Origin: Phoronis australis
Taxonomy: Eukaryota; Animalia; Phoronida
Direction: 5' to 3'
DNA: 64,000 nt
Assembly: GCA_002633005.1 (NCBI GenBank)
Contig: NMRA01000524.1
Span: forward strand, 2,953 to 66,952
Positions within the stretch are counted from its first letter, which is position 1; each line of letters begins with the position of its first letter. The position numbers were made by a program, and so were the translations under genes. Under the pieces are notes generated by a model. The model was given only the letters and a program-made list of their open reading frames with translations, did not search any database and was not told the DNA's origin. This document shows, one piece after another, positions 48,136-62,774 of the stretch.

Positions 48136-51100
48136 GTATGTGTGTCTCACCGTTTGTCTCTCGTTGTTGTAAAGGATGAAAAATCGTTTGTGCACCCGTG
48201 GTGCTCTTGTCGAGGTAATCAGTTTTGGGAGCTCTCGTGGTTTGAGGGCTCGAGTTAAAATAAATACGCTATAAAATGCTTTGAGGCATAAAACATCATA
48301 ATCATGGTGTCTTCCTTGTGTTTTGTGAAGAAGTCGGTGGTTTGAGAACCTCTCCCACCAGAGGGTTTTGAGATCCTCTTCCAGTTGGTAAAATTGATTA
48401 TCTGATTTGGTGCATTCTGGTGCATTCTAGACCCTTAATTTTCCTTCAAACTAGACCTCGAACTGAGCATGTTATTATTATGTACTTAGTGACAGTACTG
48501 GGGTCAGGAGTACTTTTCTTCTTGAGCTTATCAGAAAAATGGAATTGGCGTTAAAATTGAATTATGTATTCTTTCATGCACGTACATAGAGCGAAAAAAA
48601 TAATTTGAACCTTTATCGGCTTGGTTAACTATCTTGACATGGGTGTGTAATGAAACTTCCGTTTATATCCATTCGTTTACTTCGATTTTTGTAAAAATTC
48701 TGCTTCACTCATCTGTTGGATCAGTGTCATAGCAGACGATTAGTTCATGGTTGTAAATGGAGTGAATAAAATGACAAAATCCACCAGCGTACCCTGGCAC
48801 TTCGCCATGTTTCCTAGCAATGGGTTTCATTTTCACTGGCGATTCTTACATGACAAGGAAATAGTCCAGTCATCAATTTTTTGGTCAACATGCGCATGTT
48901 TTGAGAGTGGCAGCTGTCAAAAAGGAGAGTTGTAGGCCATCCATATATTTTACACGCACGGAAACACTAGTATGAACGTTGCTAAGAAAAGATAACAGTA
49001 CAAGTGTATACAGAACCCTTTGGTGTGCTGTTGATGGTGATGGCGGTTTTTATCAAATACAATTACTTAAAGGTTACATGTAAAACCTGATTGACGTGCT
49101 GGTATTTATGGGAACATCTACGAAACTGTCAAACCAATCTGTGATTAGCATGCATTTTTAAAGTAGAAGGCTCGTAGACTTTGATTTTGGATTTTGTACC
49201 AATCTGTCTTTAATTGGGTCACATGACCATGTCTTTGCCATGGGAAAAATAGCCCAAAAAAGGTCTGTCAACGTCATGGCAATATTTCATTTGATATTAA
49301 TGTGCACGATAAAATCTCAACAACTGTGAAACGGTTTCTTCTTTTCATTTTACGTGACTTGATTTTTTCACAAAACTGATATAATTTCTGTACTTTGATA
49401 GCAAAAGTCAAAATTTTAAAACTATTTCTAACAGCATTTTTGAAAACATTGCTTTAAGCACTGTATGTTCATATGAATTCGATAAGACATTTTTGAGATG
49501 GGACTTATTTTGACAGTTTTCTAGGGTTCCAGTTTATGCTTATTTTAGTTTCCTGACCACTAAGTTATGCTGCTTGTTGTATTCTTTGGTAAACTAAAAG
49601 TGACTGTCACAGCACAGCTCAAAATTTCGTTACAACCGTTTGCTGGACTTCATTGCAAACACAGCATTTATGTATTTCTTGCTTTTTGTCGTTTCTACGA
49701 AACAACATATTTTGCAGCATGCTGTTCATTTCCGCGCTATATTTAGCATGCTAATTAACACCCATTAGTTTCGCGACCTGAGCAAGGTGGTTGGTGGCCA
49801 TTGGTCTAAATTATTAATCATCGTAGATGTTTGATGTCCTCTGTGCTGGACTTTCCTGGAGTTATTGATCTTAGCCGAGAATAGCAGTCAAGCTGGCTGA
49901 TTACGCATAATATAGAGCGTTAGGAATGTGTTGGCATGTTCACAGGGCATTCACTTGGTTCAATATTTATTGCACGCGATGAGCGGTTACGTCTGTTGAT
50001 CCTTGTCAAAGGTCAAAGGTCGTCGTCAAAATCATGTGCTCAAGGTTGTTGACACAGTATAGGAAAAGTTGGGCATCAGTAGAAAAAAATAGGACGATTT
50101 GAAATTATGGTTACTATAAGTTTGCTCGTTTTGTAGTTAGTGTTCTGTCCGTGACACTTCAGTGCCTAGGACATCATGACACAGCTGAGCAGAACTTGTC
50201 ATGCAATATGTTTTTGAAAGTGTTGGGAAACATGGTTGCACCAGCGAGTAACTTTATTAAGGCGATTGAATACCTATGCTGCTAAGTCACATCCTTCTAT
50301 ACGAATTGTCAACCCAGGAAACCATACATTCCTTTAATTTCCTGATGATCACTTTTATTACACACTCTCAAATAATTCCCAGGTATTTGTTTCAGTTGAC
50401 TGTGTTTGCTATAAAAATCTTAATTTTCCTCAGTGGTCACCAAATGTTCATTAACACCAGTGTTTTGGTGATGAGTGCAGGCTGCTTAGTCAGCCGATTT
50501 TTACCAAGTTCTCAAAGCTGCCGGGTTAAGAATCCATTTTTTCCTGTTTGACAGACAATTGCTCTTTCCATTTTCATGTTTGCTGGATTCGTCTCTACAC
50601 ATTACTGCTGTCATTATTAGTGGAGTGTCAGATATCTGGTTGTCATTTTTAAAACAATGTTGGGTCTGTTGTCATGGTTACCATTTTGTCTCTATGAGTT
50701 GTATTGTGGTGTTGGCAGGTTTATTGCCATAATAACCACTGAGAACATGTGCTCCACTGACACTTGGTGGTTGTAACGCGGGATATGTGCCTCCATCTGT
50801 TGATAAAAGTTTACTGTAGTACGACAATACTTGGACATAAATTCCTTACATTGTTCAGTGAAAGGTTCCTAGCATTGCTCTAAAGTGAAAAACAGCCGTA
50901 GACCGATAAATGCCGAGAGGTAGACGCCTTTATTCCTCTGTCATTCCGCTCGATTGGCCTTTAAGTTTGGTGTTGATATGACGCCAACAGTGACCATATT
51001 TGACACACTTTTCGTGCAACTTTTGGTCCCTTGGCTCCTTGTGAAATTGATCTACCAAACCTCTCCAGCTGATGCGCAACCTGTGATTAGTTCAAACTTT

Positions 51101-54073
51101 AAAGTACATGATAAAACTAGTTTACTTCATAGCTTATTAAACAGGGTTGGTTAGTTTTTCTGGTCTAAGAAGAATGTGTTTTTATTCCTTTGGATTTTCT
51201 AGTTATCTAAATTGTTTTTTTTACATTTAGGGTTATGCAGAAAAGTATCAAAATTTGGGTAACTCTAGAACAACATATCTCGGAAATTGCTGATCAGATT
51301 CATACAAAACTTCCAAGTGCTATGCTTTATACACTGGTATTCAAAACGCTGTTAGGGATTGCTTTTAGAATAACCCACGTTGCAAGAAAGGCTATCAAAA
51401 TAAGGACTCGTAGGATTTCTAGGAAAAAACTCGTAAGCTGCATAAAACGGAAATGAAATGATAACTTAGAAAATTCTAGCAGCTTTTTAAGATTTTGCCT
51501 TTGTCATTTGGTCTTGTTATTGATACCGCTGTTTTGCTGTACACGTACCTTTTATTTTTGTGCAACTGTACTAAAAAGATGTGATCACGTGACCCATTCA
51601 ATGTCAGATTGGTATAAAATGAAAAATTAAATTCTACACGCTTTCCAAACTGAGATAAATTACGCATGTAGTTAGATGAATGCACAGATTTGTTGTTAAG
51701 TTTCTACATAACCTTATTCTTTCATGCTTGTGATTGTATCTTTCTTGCTTGTTCATCAAGCTACAGGTGTGTAGTTAGAAACACTGTTAACCCTGAATGG
51801 GAACGTCGAATTCTTTCTCCTTATCTCCAAAATGTGGGTAAATATTGTTGTCACAGTTTTGCCAATCCCTCATATGGAGTATCTCGTAGTTCGTGAGATG
51901 GCGCGAGTAAAGAAAAGCAATCTATGGTAAAAAATCTTCAATTTTGGACAACAATAATTGGTGAAGTTGCCATTTTTCGACATTACCCGCTGCATTGCCA
52001 CATGGTTTTGTCAAATGTTTTTAGCTGATGTCTATACTGCACAAACCTTTCCTACCACAAAGTAAAAATTTCTTAAAAGTTATATTTTTCGATACATTTG
52101 GCATAAGACATATTGTGTCCTAAACTTAGTATATTTCACTCTACCTGTGTAAAGCCTGCATTCAGGCAGTCATGTAAGGTACCTTTGTCCATGTGCTTAA
52201 ATAGTCTTCTGTGTTCAAGAGCACCCTTCTTCACTAGTGCCACCTAGAGGAGTGCATATTAAGTTAACTAGATACCATCAGCTGTACCAGACTGCGTCGT
52301 GTTTCCAAAGGAAACACCACAAAACTCTCTAGGTAATGTCTACATTACCGCGCACTCATTTTTCTAGTGTGTGCTTTATCCAGAGTTTCATAAATGTTTA
52401 ACATCCTCTTAGCGTATCAGTGTTTTTTTACCACTGAAAATAATACCCCTCAGTTGGACCCATTGTCTAGTTTGTTTGTAGTGTCGTCAGCGTGTCGATT
52501 GCTAATTATCATTCTGTATACTGCCTGGGCACTCGTGCGATCATTATAATACATGTATGTATGAACGAGTATAATGTTTGATTGAATAAAACGTGGAAGT
52601 TGACTAGTTGAGAAGGTCATCTCCTGGTGGCCTTCAAGCTTGATGTGAACATGTTTGCGTGTTTGTGGGCGCTGTTTCTACAAGAAAAGGTAAACAGTTG
52701 TTTGTGAAGTCTTCTCCACTCCACTTGATGGCTGCCATCTTTAAGGGAAGACTGTCCGCTAATTGTTTAACGTTTATGCAGATGTAAATGTGCAAATTAG
52801 CGTGGTGTTGTTTCATAAACTGGCCTGGTCCGTGGTGGTTAATCAGACTGGCTCAGTTGGGCTGTTTAAGCCTTCGTTATTTAAAATTGAACAAGTACGG
52901 GTCTAAGGGACAGTAGGAAATGATCTGTTAGTTGTTAAGTCGTACTTTGTTGATCAATTATTCACAATGACAGCATTTGAAAAAGTACACCATTTCAATT
53001 TTTCTGAAATGGCACTGTTGCAAATTAGATTTTCTTTGTTGGGGACAGGAATAGCACATTGCATGAATGATCTTCTTTACGAAATGTCAGGCACTTATGA
53101 GTTGGCTCCAACAAGCGAAAACCTATACTTGGCACATGCGACATTCACCAGCTTGTCCGCATAATGAAGTGCACTTCCCGGGCAAGGGTTAAATTTTTTG
53201 TTATTAAAGCATCATTGAATGCAGTTAAAACTTGGTTGTGGTAAATAATATTTGGTTCACGGTAGGGCAACAATGAAGATGGAAAAGTGCCTCACTGATG
53301 TGCGGCATTAATAACAACAACAACCCCGTCCCCAAATACCATAGCACCCTCTATAATTCTGCAATATTTAACCACAATGCTACTCTTCCTCAGGGCACTT
53401 GCCCCCCCAGTTGTTCAATACGGCCACGCAGGTCATGAATTTGCATAAAGACTTAATGGTTTGTCACTTGTCATTCTGAGGCCAATTAATTGTTATGGTT
53501 ACATAAATTTGTGAGTTCCACTACAGTCATAAAATATTTGGATTGCTAAATGAAGTGCGATAAAATGCTCTTCACTTGCTGGACTCGGCTCAGGGGTGTG
53601 TTGGCATCCCTACAATTTGAAAACTAGGTCAATCGTGAAATGCATTTTTCTACTTTTTCAAGAGAAGAAAGATTATTTTGTGATGTGAGAATTGCAAATT
53701 GCCGCTTCCCACTCCTTGCTAACTTTCCTGTTAATTTCCCTTCATTCTCGATCATGAGGAAAGACTACTCTGACGGTGAGTGGGGCTTCCGCCCAGACGT
53801 CGTAACAAGGAATTCTGGGTCATTTTGTCTTAATACTTTTGGCTTGTACTGTAATTTCATGCTTTATTGGAAAGTTAAAAAATCACTATATTGTGCTATT
53901 GAAATGATTGTCCTAGTATGAGTGCAGACACTCAGGTAGTCCCGAACCCTCTCACCCATTGTTGGTGAATAAGACAGTTTCATTCTATGTTAGCGCCACC
54001 TTGTGAGTACCAGATCTTCCATCTGCTGCTGCTGTGTATGACTCATTTGACGTGTTGTCTCCCAATATTGCAG

Positions 54074-54148
54074 GTGCGTGAAAGGTTACGGGTAGCACTA
54101 GAGCGAGTATCAACCTTAGAAGAGGACCTAGTGTGTGCAAATCAAGAG
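54074..54148 (+). CDS. PPFIA: Liprin-alpha coding exon 5; the gene continues beyond the window
   Basis: attgcag|VRERLRVALERVSTLEEDLVCANQE|gtaagt; 75 nt, phase 0-0. Confidence 0.95.
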
Positions 54149-57100
54149 GTAAGTTGTACTGGCCACGCCCATTACCTAATGAAATGTAGTCACATTGAAA
54201 GGGCATGCTTATGAGAATTTCTTAAAATTGCTACTGTAAACTATTACCAAGTAAGGACGCAGTTATGACCAATGAGCGAATTTTGTTTGACCATTTTTGC
54301 CATGAAAGATTGCAGCACCAAATTAAATACTTACCACAGCTACCAGTAGACAAAGGTTTGAAAAATTGTGGGCTTTCGCAAAAATGTTGGCCTTCCGAAA
54401 TTTGTGAGATTTTTGAAACTTTAGGCTGTACGGTTAATTTTCAAAATAACCCACACTAGGGAGAAGCCTCCATCGGTGCATGTTCAGAAACAAAGTCCAA
54501 GAAAGCCTCCATCGAGTTGTTTTGAGATCATTTTGCATTTGTGGTACTTGTGAAAAGTTTGGAGGTGATGTCAATATTTTCTCAATTCCCGATCTTGAAA
54601 AAGAGCGAAACACGTGAAAGTGATCATAAGTCAACTGAGGCAGTATCAGATTTTATGCTGTAGCCATGATGCCAACAAAGTGAATAACTTTCTGTTTCAA
54701 TGTATTTTGAAGACATAGTTTCACACCAAAACAAGTGCTTTTTAAAACAAATAATAGCACTGTGTGAATCTGTTGCTCGGGGCATTTCTTGTCCACAGCA
54801 GTGATGGCCTTTTCCGAGACAATTCGGAGAACAGGCATATATGATGACATATAACTGTCTGTGATGTCAGATCAGGAAGACAGCTGTGTATTGCAATGGC
54901 TACAAGCAGCCAACCCTCCAAAATTTTGCTTGCTTCATTTGATAATTCCTTTCAACTCCATTTGTTGGCATAATTAAATTGTTTTTCACCAAGGAGATGT
55001 AAAGACCAGTGTGTCACAAATAAGTGAAGCCTATTACAAAATATTGCAGTTTTCATTTTTTGATTTTCAGCAGTGAGAAAAAAGGGAAACACATTTTAAT
55101 TTAACCATGTATATAATTGAAATTTGAGTGGAGGTGGTAATCTCAATGACAGAATTACAAGAACACTTGAAATGGAAGTCTTCTGAACTTGTTTTTTTTA
55201 AATTCATGTGTTAATCTATTGAAATAATAATAAACCCAAGACATCAAGAAATATTACCTGAAGATGCTAGTGAACATATTATTTCAGTCGTTCATTATGG
55301 CAAGTTAATTCTATCGTGCTTTGGTCACTGAGTCATAGAAATCAAAAAACAAATCAGAGGACAATTATGACTTAATCCACAGTTCAAATTAAAATCTAGT
55401 GCTTTCAGTCGGAATTATATATTTGGTTTCTAAAGTGAAAGACTTTCAAGGTAGTTGAAGGTTCCTGCTACTGTACATAAGTCACAACTGAAATAATCTC
55501 AGTACAGTAAAGTTTACATGTGAGTCAAAATGATCTAATCTTTTACCAAAATAAGTAACTTAGAATGCACAGTATTTTGAACATTTAAGCATTACAAACG
55601 TTATCCAACAACAAGACAAATTTACATGATATGAAAGTGGATATGTCTAACTATTACCATGGCGATCAGGTATTTCCTTTCATTAATATTCCACAAGCAT
55701 GATTTGAAAAAATAAAAAGTTGCACGGAAAAAGGATTGGAGGCTGGAAGCTTCACGATCCAACATGGCCTATTACTCTAATTAAGAGCCTTTACATTTTG
55801 GGCCTTGATAACTTGAATTAATAATGCAAAAAGTCACAATGCATGTATTGAAAGAACGATTCATGTGTAAAATTTAGAAAAATATGAATTATGTTGTGAC
55901 GCATAATCAAATCTTGAAGCGCAATAGACTTTCAAAGAAAAAGCGATTTCAAAACTTTTTCAACTATTTTTAAGGTGAGTGTATTGTTAACTGAATGAGA
56001 TATTCACACTGCAATAATTAGTATATTCCTTATATTTTTTTGCACAAAAACATAAACATTGTGCAAAGTTGCTTTTTGTAGCAATTTTCATCAAAATGTA
56101 TCGAAAGTTAAAACTTCACGAAATACAAAATAGCCGATTGAACATGCCCTTCAGTTCAGCAGAAGTCGCCATGTTGTCGGTGCCGCCGAAAATGAAACTA
56201 AGTCTTAACGGGAATTGTGAGCATTTTTATCACTCAATAAGTAACATGTGCTTGGCTGAAGTCCAATGAAAACTACTGAATGGCTCAGAATAGTAGGTAT
56301 AGATATTTCTCACTAAATTTCATCATAAATTATTGGTGAAGATAAATTATGCACGGTTTTAAACTGGTAACTTATGCCACTCTTGTCCAGGATGGCCAAC
56401 CATATCCAAACAAATGACCCAAATTTCGCCACCAAAATTGCAATAAATGTGCACTGCTTAACCCGATTTTGATATTTTTTTAATTTTTATTGAGTGGGAT
56501 GCATTATCTTTCCGATTATATTGAAGTATTTTTGCAAATCAAAAAAAGATCGGTTGGACAGCCTTACTCTAACTGCTCATTTAGTCCAGCTAACGATCGA
56601 CTAGGCTAAAGTTCAATGGATTGCAACGACAGGTAACGAGCATCAAGCTATTCAGCACATCTACCAACAAACACTTACGGGTATGTTGCAAAAACTGTAA
56701 TTCAAAAGAAAATCAATCTACTGGTTACTTCTAGCACTAATCCTGTCCCACAGTGTACGTCGATGCTATCCGCCATTTTAAATGTTAGGTTGTTAATACT
56801 AGCTCACGGCCCACAGGCTGTCGTTCTAGGAGCAGTCCATTGAAATATGTTCTCTACATACTACCAAATACGGCGACACTTCACTCGTGGACTTCGCAAA
56901 GTATTCTCACTTGCGACGCAGTCTTGGATCAGTGGGAAACTTGTTCAAAGATACCTCAGCCCTTGGCGTATTGCCACAGCCTCCAACTACACAACAATCA
57001 GGCATTCTTCTTCAAATATTTACTCCAGTTTAAATCTAAAAATCCGTCTACATTTGAAAAAAATACTCATCTTGGCACACAGCAATGGACACTGTGGACT

Positions 57101-57179
57101 CGGTCTGACTGACTCTGCAATGATCAGGTCACTCCCCACTAACTACTGTAAAATGTTTATGGCAACACACAAGACTGTA

Positions 57180-57676
57180 GGGCCTTTCATACTAACGTCG
57201 ATAGTTTGGGGAGTTGCAGTCAGTATGAATGCTTAACTCTGGTCCTGGATCGCAGTTAACATCTCCAATTAACATCGCAGTTAACAGGTGGATTTAAGAC
57301 CGCAGCGTTGACGCTGCGATGCAGTATGAACGCTTAACTCCGGTCCAATCGAAGTTATCGCCAGGTGCCACTGTTATCATCAACAGTTACAAGGTAGTGC
57401 CGTCACTAATAGCTGCTTATATTTTGCTCTAATGATAACCAATCGATTTAAAAATAAGTTTAATGTCACTTAGTACATGTAAATATTTCCAAATTGAAAC
57501 ATTGAAAAAAATCTTAGCGTGCAACGCTACCTTGCGATAACTTCGATGACGACAGAGGCACACAACTGCTTACTTCAATGTTGATTAACTACCGAAGTCA
57601 GTATGAATGGTCCAGTTAACTGCGCTGTTTACGTCGACGCTCCCCTCAGATGGAGTTAAGTCAATATGAAAGGGCC
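57180..57676. mobile_element. PIF/Harbinger-like MITE
   Basis: TIRs gggcctttcatact / ggccctttcatatt (rc), flanked by gta and tta. Repeated subterminal cagtatgaa and gttaac motifs. Confidence 0.65.
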
Positions 57677-59097
57677 TTATGTGCTTATGTGTCACATTTC
57701 AGAGAATAAATGGGCAAAAATTGCATAATAAACACAAAGATTCCATTTGTGCCAGATAGTCTCGGCCAAGAGTACGACCCTATGGACAGACTCTGCCGTG
57801 ATCCTGTGATCGGGTCAGGAATTCCTGATGTGTTCCTGATGTGACGTGTTTCCGAAGATAGCCAAAGTTGAAAATTTTCTGTTCTCAAAATTTTGTGGGG
57901 AAGTGGGAGCGTGTTTTACACGAATAATAGAATAATATGAGGAATGAAATAAAAAGAAATGTGGTTTATAAGCAAACTTTATTAACAGTCAACACATGTG
58001 TATACATATTAACTACAACTAAATAGCTGTGAATCAATCTCTTTAAAAGCGCAAGTCCATGGGATTGCTCTGCAGGTGGTAATGCAAGTTTTCAAAATTA
58101 GTCTCACCAATTTTTCTGAAACCCCCTGGGTTCTATTTAGATGCAAAATCACTTTGGTAAAATTAGCGTTTCCAAAAGAGCTCCAATGGGACACTGCATA
58201 TGCTCAAAACTGTACCGTTTGGCAACCTCTGTCAAGTACAAATGTTTTACCTGCCATATTGAGTCCCACACTGAGAAATGTTTAGTATAATAAGTACAAA
58301 AATAGCAGATCGTCATGTGGTAACTGCTGCCATTCAGGCTAGTCTATGTACTTATGTGTTTTTGGTTCTCTTCGTCACATGGCGCAATAGGTGTCAGCAC
58401 ATACTGTAAATTGTAAATAGACTTCCTGAGTAGCAATCAATTATTCTGTTGGAAATGTGACCCTGCATCACAAACCTTATTTAATGCGGAAATGTGACCA
58501 CTTGATCAGGTAATTATACCATGAAAATTACATTTGAAGGAATCTAGTTATCTGGTGGTATTGACTTACAATACACTTCAGTTAATTACCCTTGTTCATC
58601 TTAAGTTCAGTTGGTATATTTTGGGCATTTATGGGATTTGATTACTCAAGTAGATTTTTAAGTGAAGTGGTGTTACTTGTGACAATTTTTGAACATTATT
58701 GTCACAACGATGTCATCATTTATCACTTATTTAGCACACAATATGGCTGACAAATGAAATTCTATTTTGTCTGCTACTAGCATGATTTGTACTGTGGAGA
58801 TGTCACAAAACAACCTTTGGTAAATTTTTCATTATTTTTAGTAAAATTAACAGCCTTTGAGAAGAAATATAATGTCAGTTTTGGAAATAATTTTTGTGCA
58901 AAATAAAAGAAGATTTACGACAGTTGCTCAGTACAATTTACACGCATTGCTTTTCTTGACACCATGTTTTAAAGTTGGTTAATTATTGCTTTCAACCCAG
59001 TCTCACTTTGTTCTTAGAAAAAATGTCTTTTCGCTTTATACGGAGGCCGATTCTCAGTACGTACAGGATGATAGTGACTAAAGTCCTTTCCACACTC

Positions 59098-59494
59098 AGC
59101 CTACCCTTGAACAACTTGCGCCAGTGGAGCTTACCTCACTTTTAAGTGGAGTGTCTACACACACACATACCCGATGTCTTGGGTAACTGAAGTTGTCTTT
59201 GTGTGTGTGACATCGAACACCTAATGCGAGTACGACGCGCAAAAGAAAACCTGTTTGTATGTAACCCCAGCTGATTATCATTTCCGCCTTGTCCCAGGTT
59301 TGCGGCCACACGGGAATTAGAAGTGACACAAATTACCCTAGAACAAGTTACCCCACCTCGATAAGATGGAGTAAGTTGTCACAAGTGGGGGGGTGATTTG
59401 GACTAGTTTAAATAGCTTCCACACAGCCTCCAAACCTAGTGACAACTCCAAGAATAGCGTGTTCTAGGGTAAGTCTTTGTGTGGATGGCACTTT
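59098..59494 (-). repeat. Interspersed repeat, partner of 31460-31840
   Basis: Reverse-complement alignment to 31460-31840. Confidence 0.85.
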
Positions 59495-59498
59495 AGAT

Positions 59499-60854
59499 GG
59501 TTAAATTGTTAACTCTAAACCTAGTGTCAAGTTTTAAGTGTAAGGACGGTGTGTTGGATATGATGTCCACATGAGCTGTGAACTCTTGCACGTTCAGCCA
59601 TTCTGTGTCCTATATTGGTGATGTACCGTAGTTGTGTATGACATTTGTATTAAAAAAGTTGGGATTTTTAGACGGAGTTGTAGTTTGTTCAAGGAAACTG
59701 CGTAGTGGAGGTTTTGTCAGTTCATGTAATTGGAAGGTCTTCACTCTGTAGGTAACGCATTTTTGATTTTTGTCAGTTTGATGGCAAGATGAAAATGTTA
59801 TTGACATTTATTTTGCTCTCATTTATTTTGCCTTCCTGGTTTTATTGCTGGCAGCCTTAAGTTATTCAGTCATTGACACAGAAGCATGTTCTTGTGTACT
59901 GATGACAATAGGTAGCAGCACTAGCGCTATGGTGTTGGAATCTTGACTGCCATGTCTTCTCTGTGCCTCCCATTTAAAGAGGGTCTCTCGTTGCCTGGCA
60001 ACCTGTTGATTAGTGGTGTAGACTGTTTGGCACAGCTCTGAGCCAAGTTTTGATCATTTCCTATTGAAAAATACATGGTGAACACTTTTCGATTTGGAAT
60101 GAAAATCATTGCATAACTTGCCATTCTGTTTTTGAAGGTTCACTGAACAGTGCAAACTCTCAAAGTGTATTGAAANGGGTTAAATTGTTAACTCTAAACC
60201 TAGTGTCAAGTTTTAAGTGTAAGGACGGTGTGTTGGATATGATGTCCACATAAGCTGTGAACTCTTGCACGTTCAGCCATTCTGTGTCCTATATTGGTGA
60301 TGTACCGTAGTTGTGTATGACATTTGTATTAAAAAAGTTGGGATTTTTAGACGGAGTTGTAGTTTGTTCAAGGAAACTACGTAGTGGAGGTTTTGTCAGT
60401 TCATGTAATTGGAAGGTCTTCACTCTGTAGGTAACGCATTTTTGATTTTTGTCAGTTTGATGGCAAGATGAAAATGTTATTGACATTTATTTTGCTCTCA
60501 TTTATTTTGCCTTCCTGGTTTAATTGCTGGCAGCCTTAAGTTATTCAGTCATTGACACAGAAGCATGTTCTTATGTACTGATGACAATAGGTAGCAGCAC
60601 TAGCGCTATGGTGTTGGAATCTTGACTGCCATGTCTTCTCAGTGTCTCCCATTTAAAGAGGGTCTCTCGTTGCCTGGCAACCTGTTGATTAGTGGTGTAG
60701 ACTGTTTGGCACAGCTCTGAGCCAAGTTTTGATCATTTCCTATTGAAAAATACATGGTGAACACTTTTCGATTTGGAATGAAAATCATTGCATAACTTGC
60801 CATTCTGTTTTTGAAGGTTCACTGAACAGTGCAAACTCTCAAAGTGTATTGAAA
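59499..60854. repeat. 679-bp-period direct duplication spanning a single-N join (probable assembly artefact)
   Basis: 59499-60175 is repeated at 60178-60854 with about six substitutions; the N is at 60176. Confidence 0.9.
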
Positions 60855-62774
60855 GTTGTTTAGCTACTGCCATACCATGCAAATAATAATTTATTAACAG
60901 TTATTTTTGATGAAAAATTTGAAAAAACAAAACTCCTCCACGTGTCTGCTATAGGTTTTAGAGGGAATTTTCTTCAACTGTACAATACCAGTAATCATAA
61001 TTCGGACACGTGTGATGAAAAAAGCCACACAGAATAGTTTGTCCACACGGAAACAGCATTTTAAAGCAACAGTGAAGCACGCGCAATATATAGGGTAGGA
61101 CTGGCCTTTATATCGTGTCAATGTAATGAAGAATTTACTAGTAAATAGCCAAACTTGGATACCCTTGAACCATTAGGTCGCAGAGAGTCTTGGTTGAATT
61201 CCTATGAAACTCTCATGTACCACGCTTTATGATCGGTTCTCTGATTTGCTGTTAGGATTTGTTTTCAAAATCTTCCGGGGCTATTAATCCGTGGGATTTT
61301 CATGAAAAAAAATTTGCGCAAAATTAATTTGAAATTGTTGTTGAGAAAACTTTAACAGTGTTTTATAGATTTTATTTTGAACACGTACGTCGAAAAAATT
61401 TACTTGCGTTCTTGATACCGTTATTTTCCTATAAATGTAACTTCCTTTTTGCTAACATTATTGCATGGTTCAATTAATGGCAGATTGGTAAAAAATATCA
61501 AATGCTACACCTATTTAACTTCCAGAATATTATTCTTTTACTGAGTTAAAATCTAGTAGTTTGGTAATAGGCACTTAGTGTAGTTAATGGTATTACATAA
61601 CCTCAGGGCAATTTACCCATTCTGATAAGACTTGTTATAGACCATGGCCATTTAAGAAGTTGTAAAAAACTCTAAAAACCAGACAAAGTAAGTGGTTTCA
61701 AAAAAGCATCGTTTTGCAGCTGCAATTTCCTATGACTTCCATGGTCGGCTGTCTTCTAATGCTCACAAGAGAGGGCTATTTGTCGTACTGACTAATGACT
61801 TGTAATGTACGTTTCTAACACGTAATTGAATTTGCCCAGGAGCTAGACACTTTCACCTTGCCAACTTAACTCGGGCTTTTATCCAGGCAAAGGCGTTGTT
61901 ACAAAATGTTCTGTGTCTGTGTTCTCTGAGCAGGATGTTTGCCTTGCGAGGGATGAACATGGTATGATCTTACAGTAATCATGTCAATAGACTATTTTAA
62001 GTCGCTAAAGCTTCTTGAAATTCATGTAAAAATAACTGCTGAAATTTTCATATCTCCATTATTCATAGACTTTATTGCATTACTAGTGTTGTTTGCAATT
62101 TTAAATACTCTTGTGGAAGGTTCAGTTACTTGAACTACGATTTATTTTGACTTAAAAAAAAAATTTTTTTGTTGTTAATCTCTATGTCGGTAATCTCTTC
62201 AATTTTTCACAAAAAGACAAGAATTGAAGCATTTCTATTTGTCAATGGCTGGTAACATTCTTTAAAATGCTAAAAAATTTCTACTTTTGTTCTTCATGGT
62301 AGCTATTATCATAAGTGCAAACCATGCGCATAATGAGAGTAAAATTTTTCCAAAAGTTTATTTTTGAGCAATGTTGAGAAGTTAGGCAAAATAAAATTGC
62401 ACTTGTGTGCCGTGTTTTGTGTTCTAAATTGAAGAAGGTTTGGTGTTTTCACGCTAGAATTTCCTTCCGTGGATAATGTCAGTGATCAATATTCACGCTG
62501 TGATTGATCTGCTAATACCTGGTACGCCTGAGTCTGCTTGGTGAGTTTCACTGAGCAGGTAAATTATGAGGTGATGTCATGGTGAGACCTGTAGCCTTAG
62601 AAAGTCTGCTGATGATGCAATGTTAGGCTTTCTATTGGTCCAGTCACAAGTACACAGACCTGGTTCTCTGTTTTTAAAGAGAAAAAAAATACGTTTTAAC
62701 AAACCTAAAACTCCCCTTTTTCAGTTTTGAAAATTGACAAATTTCAAATGTTTCAAAAAAAAGTAACCTCGGAG

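Noticed and set aside
59610-60486. Two identical 65-aa ORFs as duplicated genes
   Set aside because: They arise from the gap-spanning duplication and show no coding signature.
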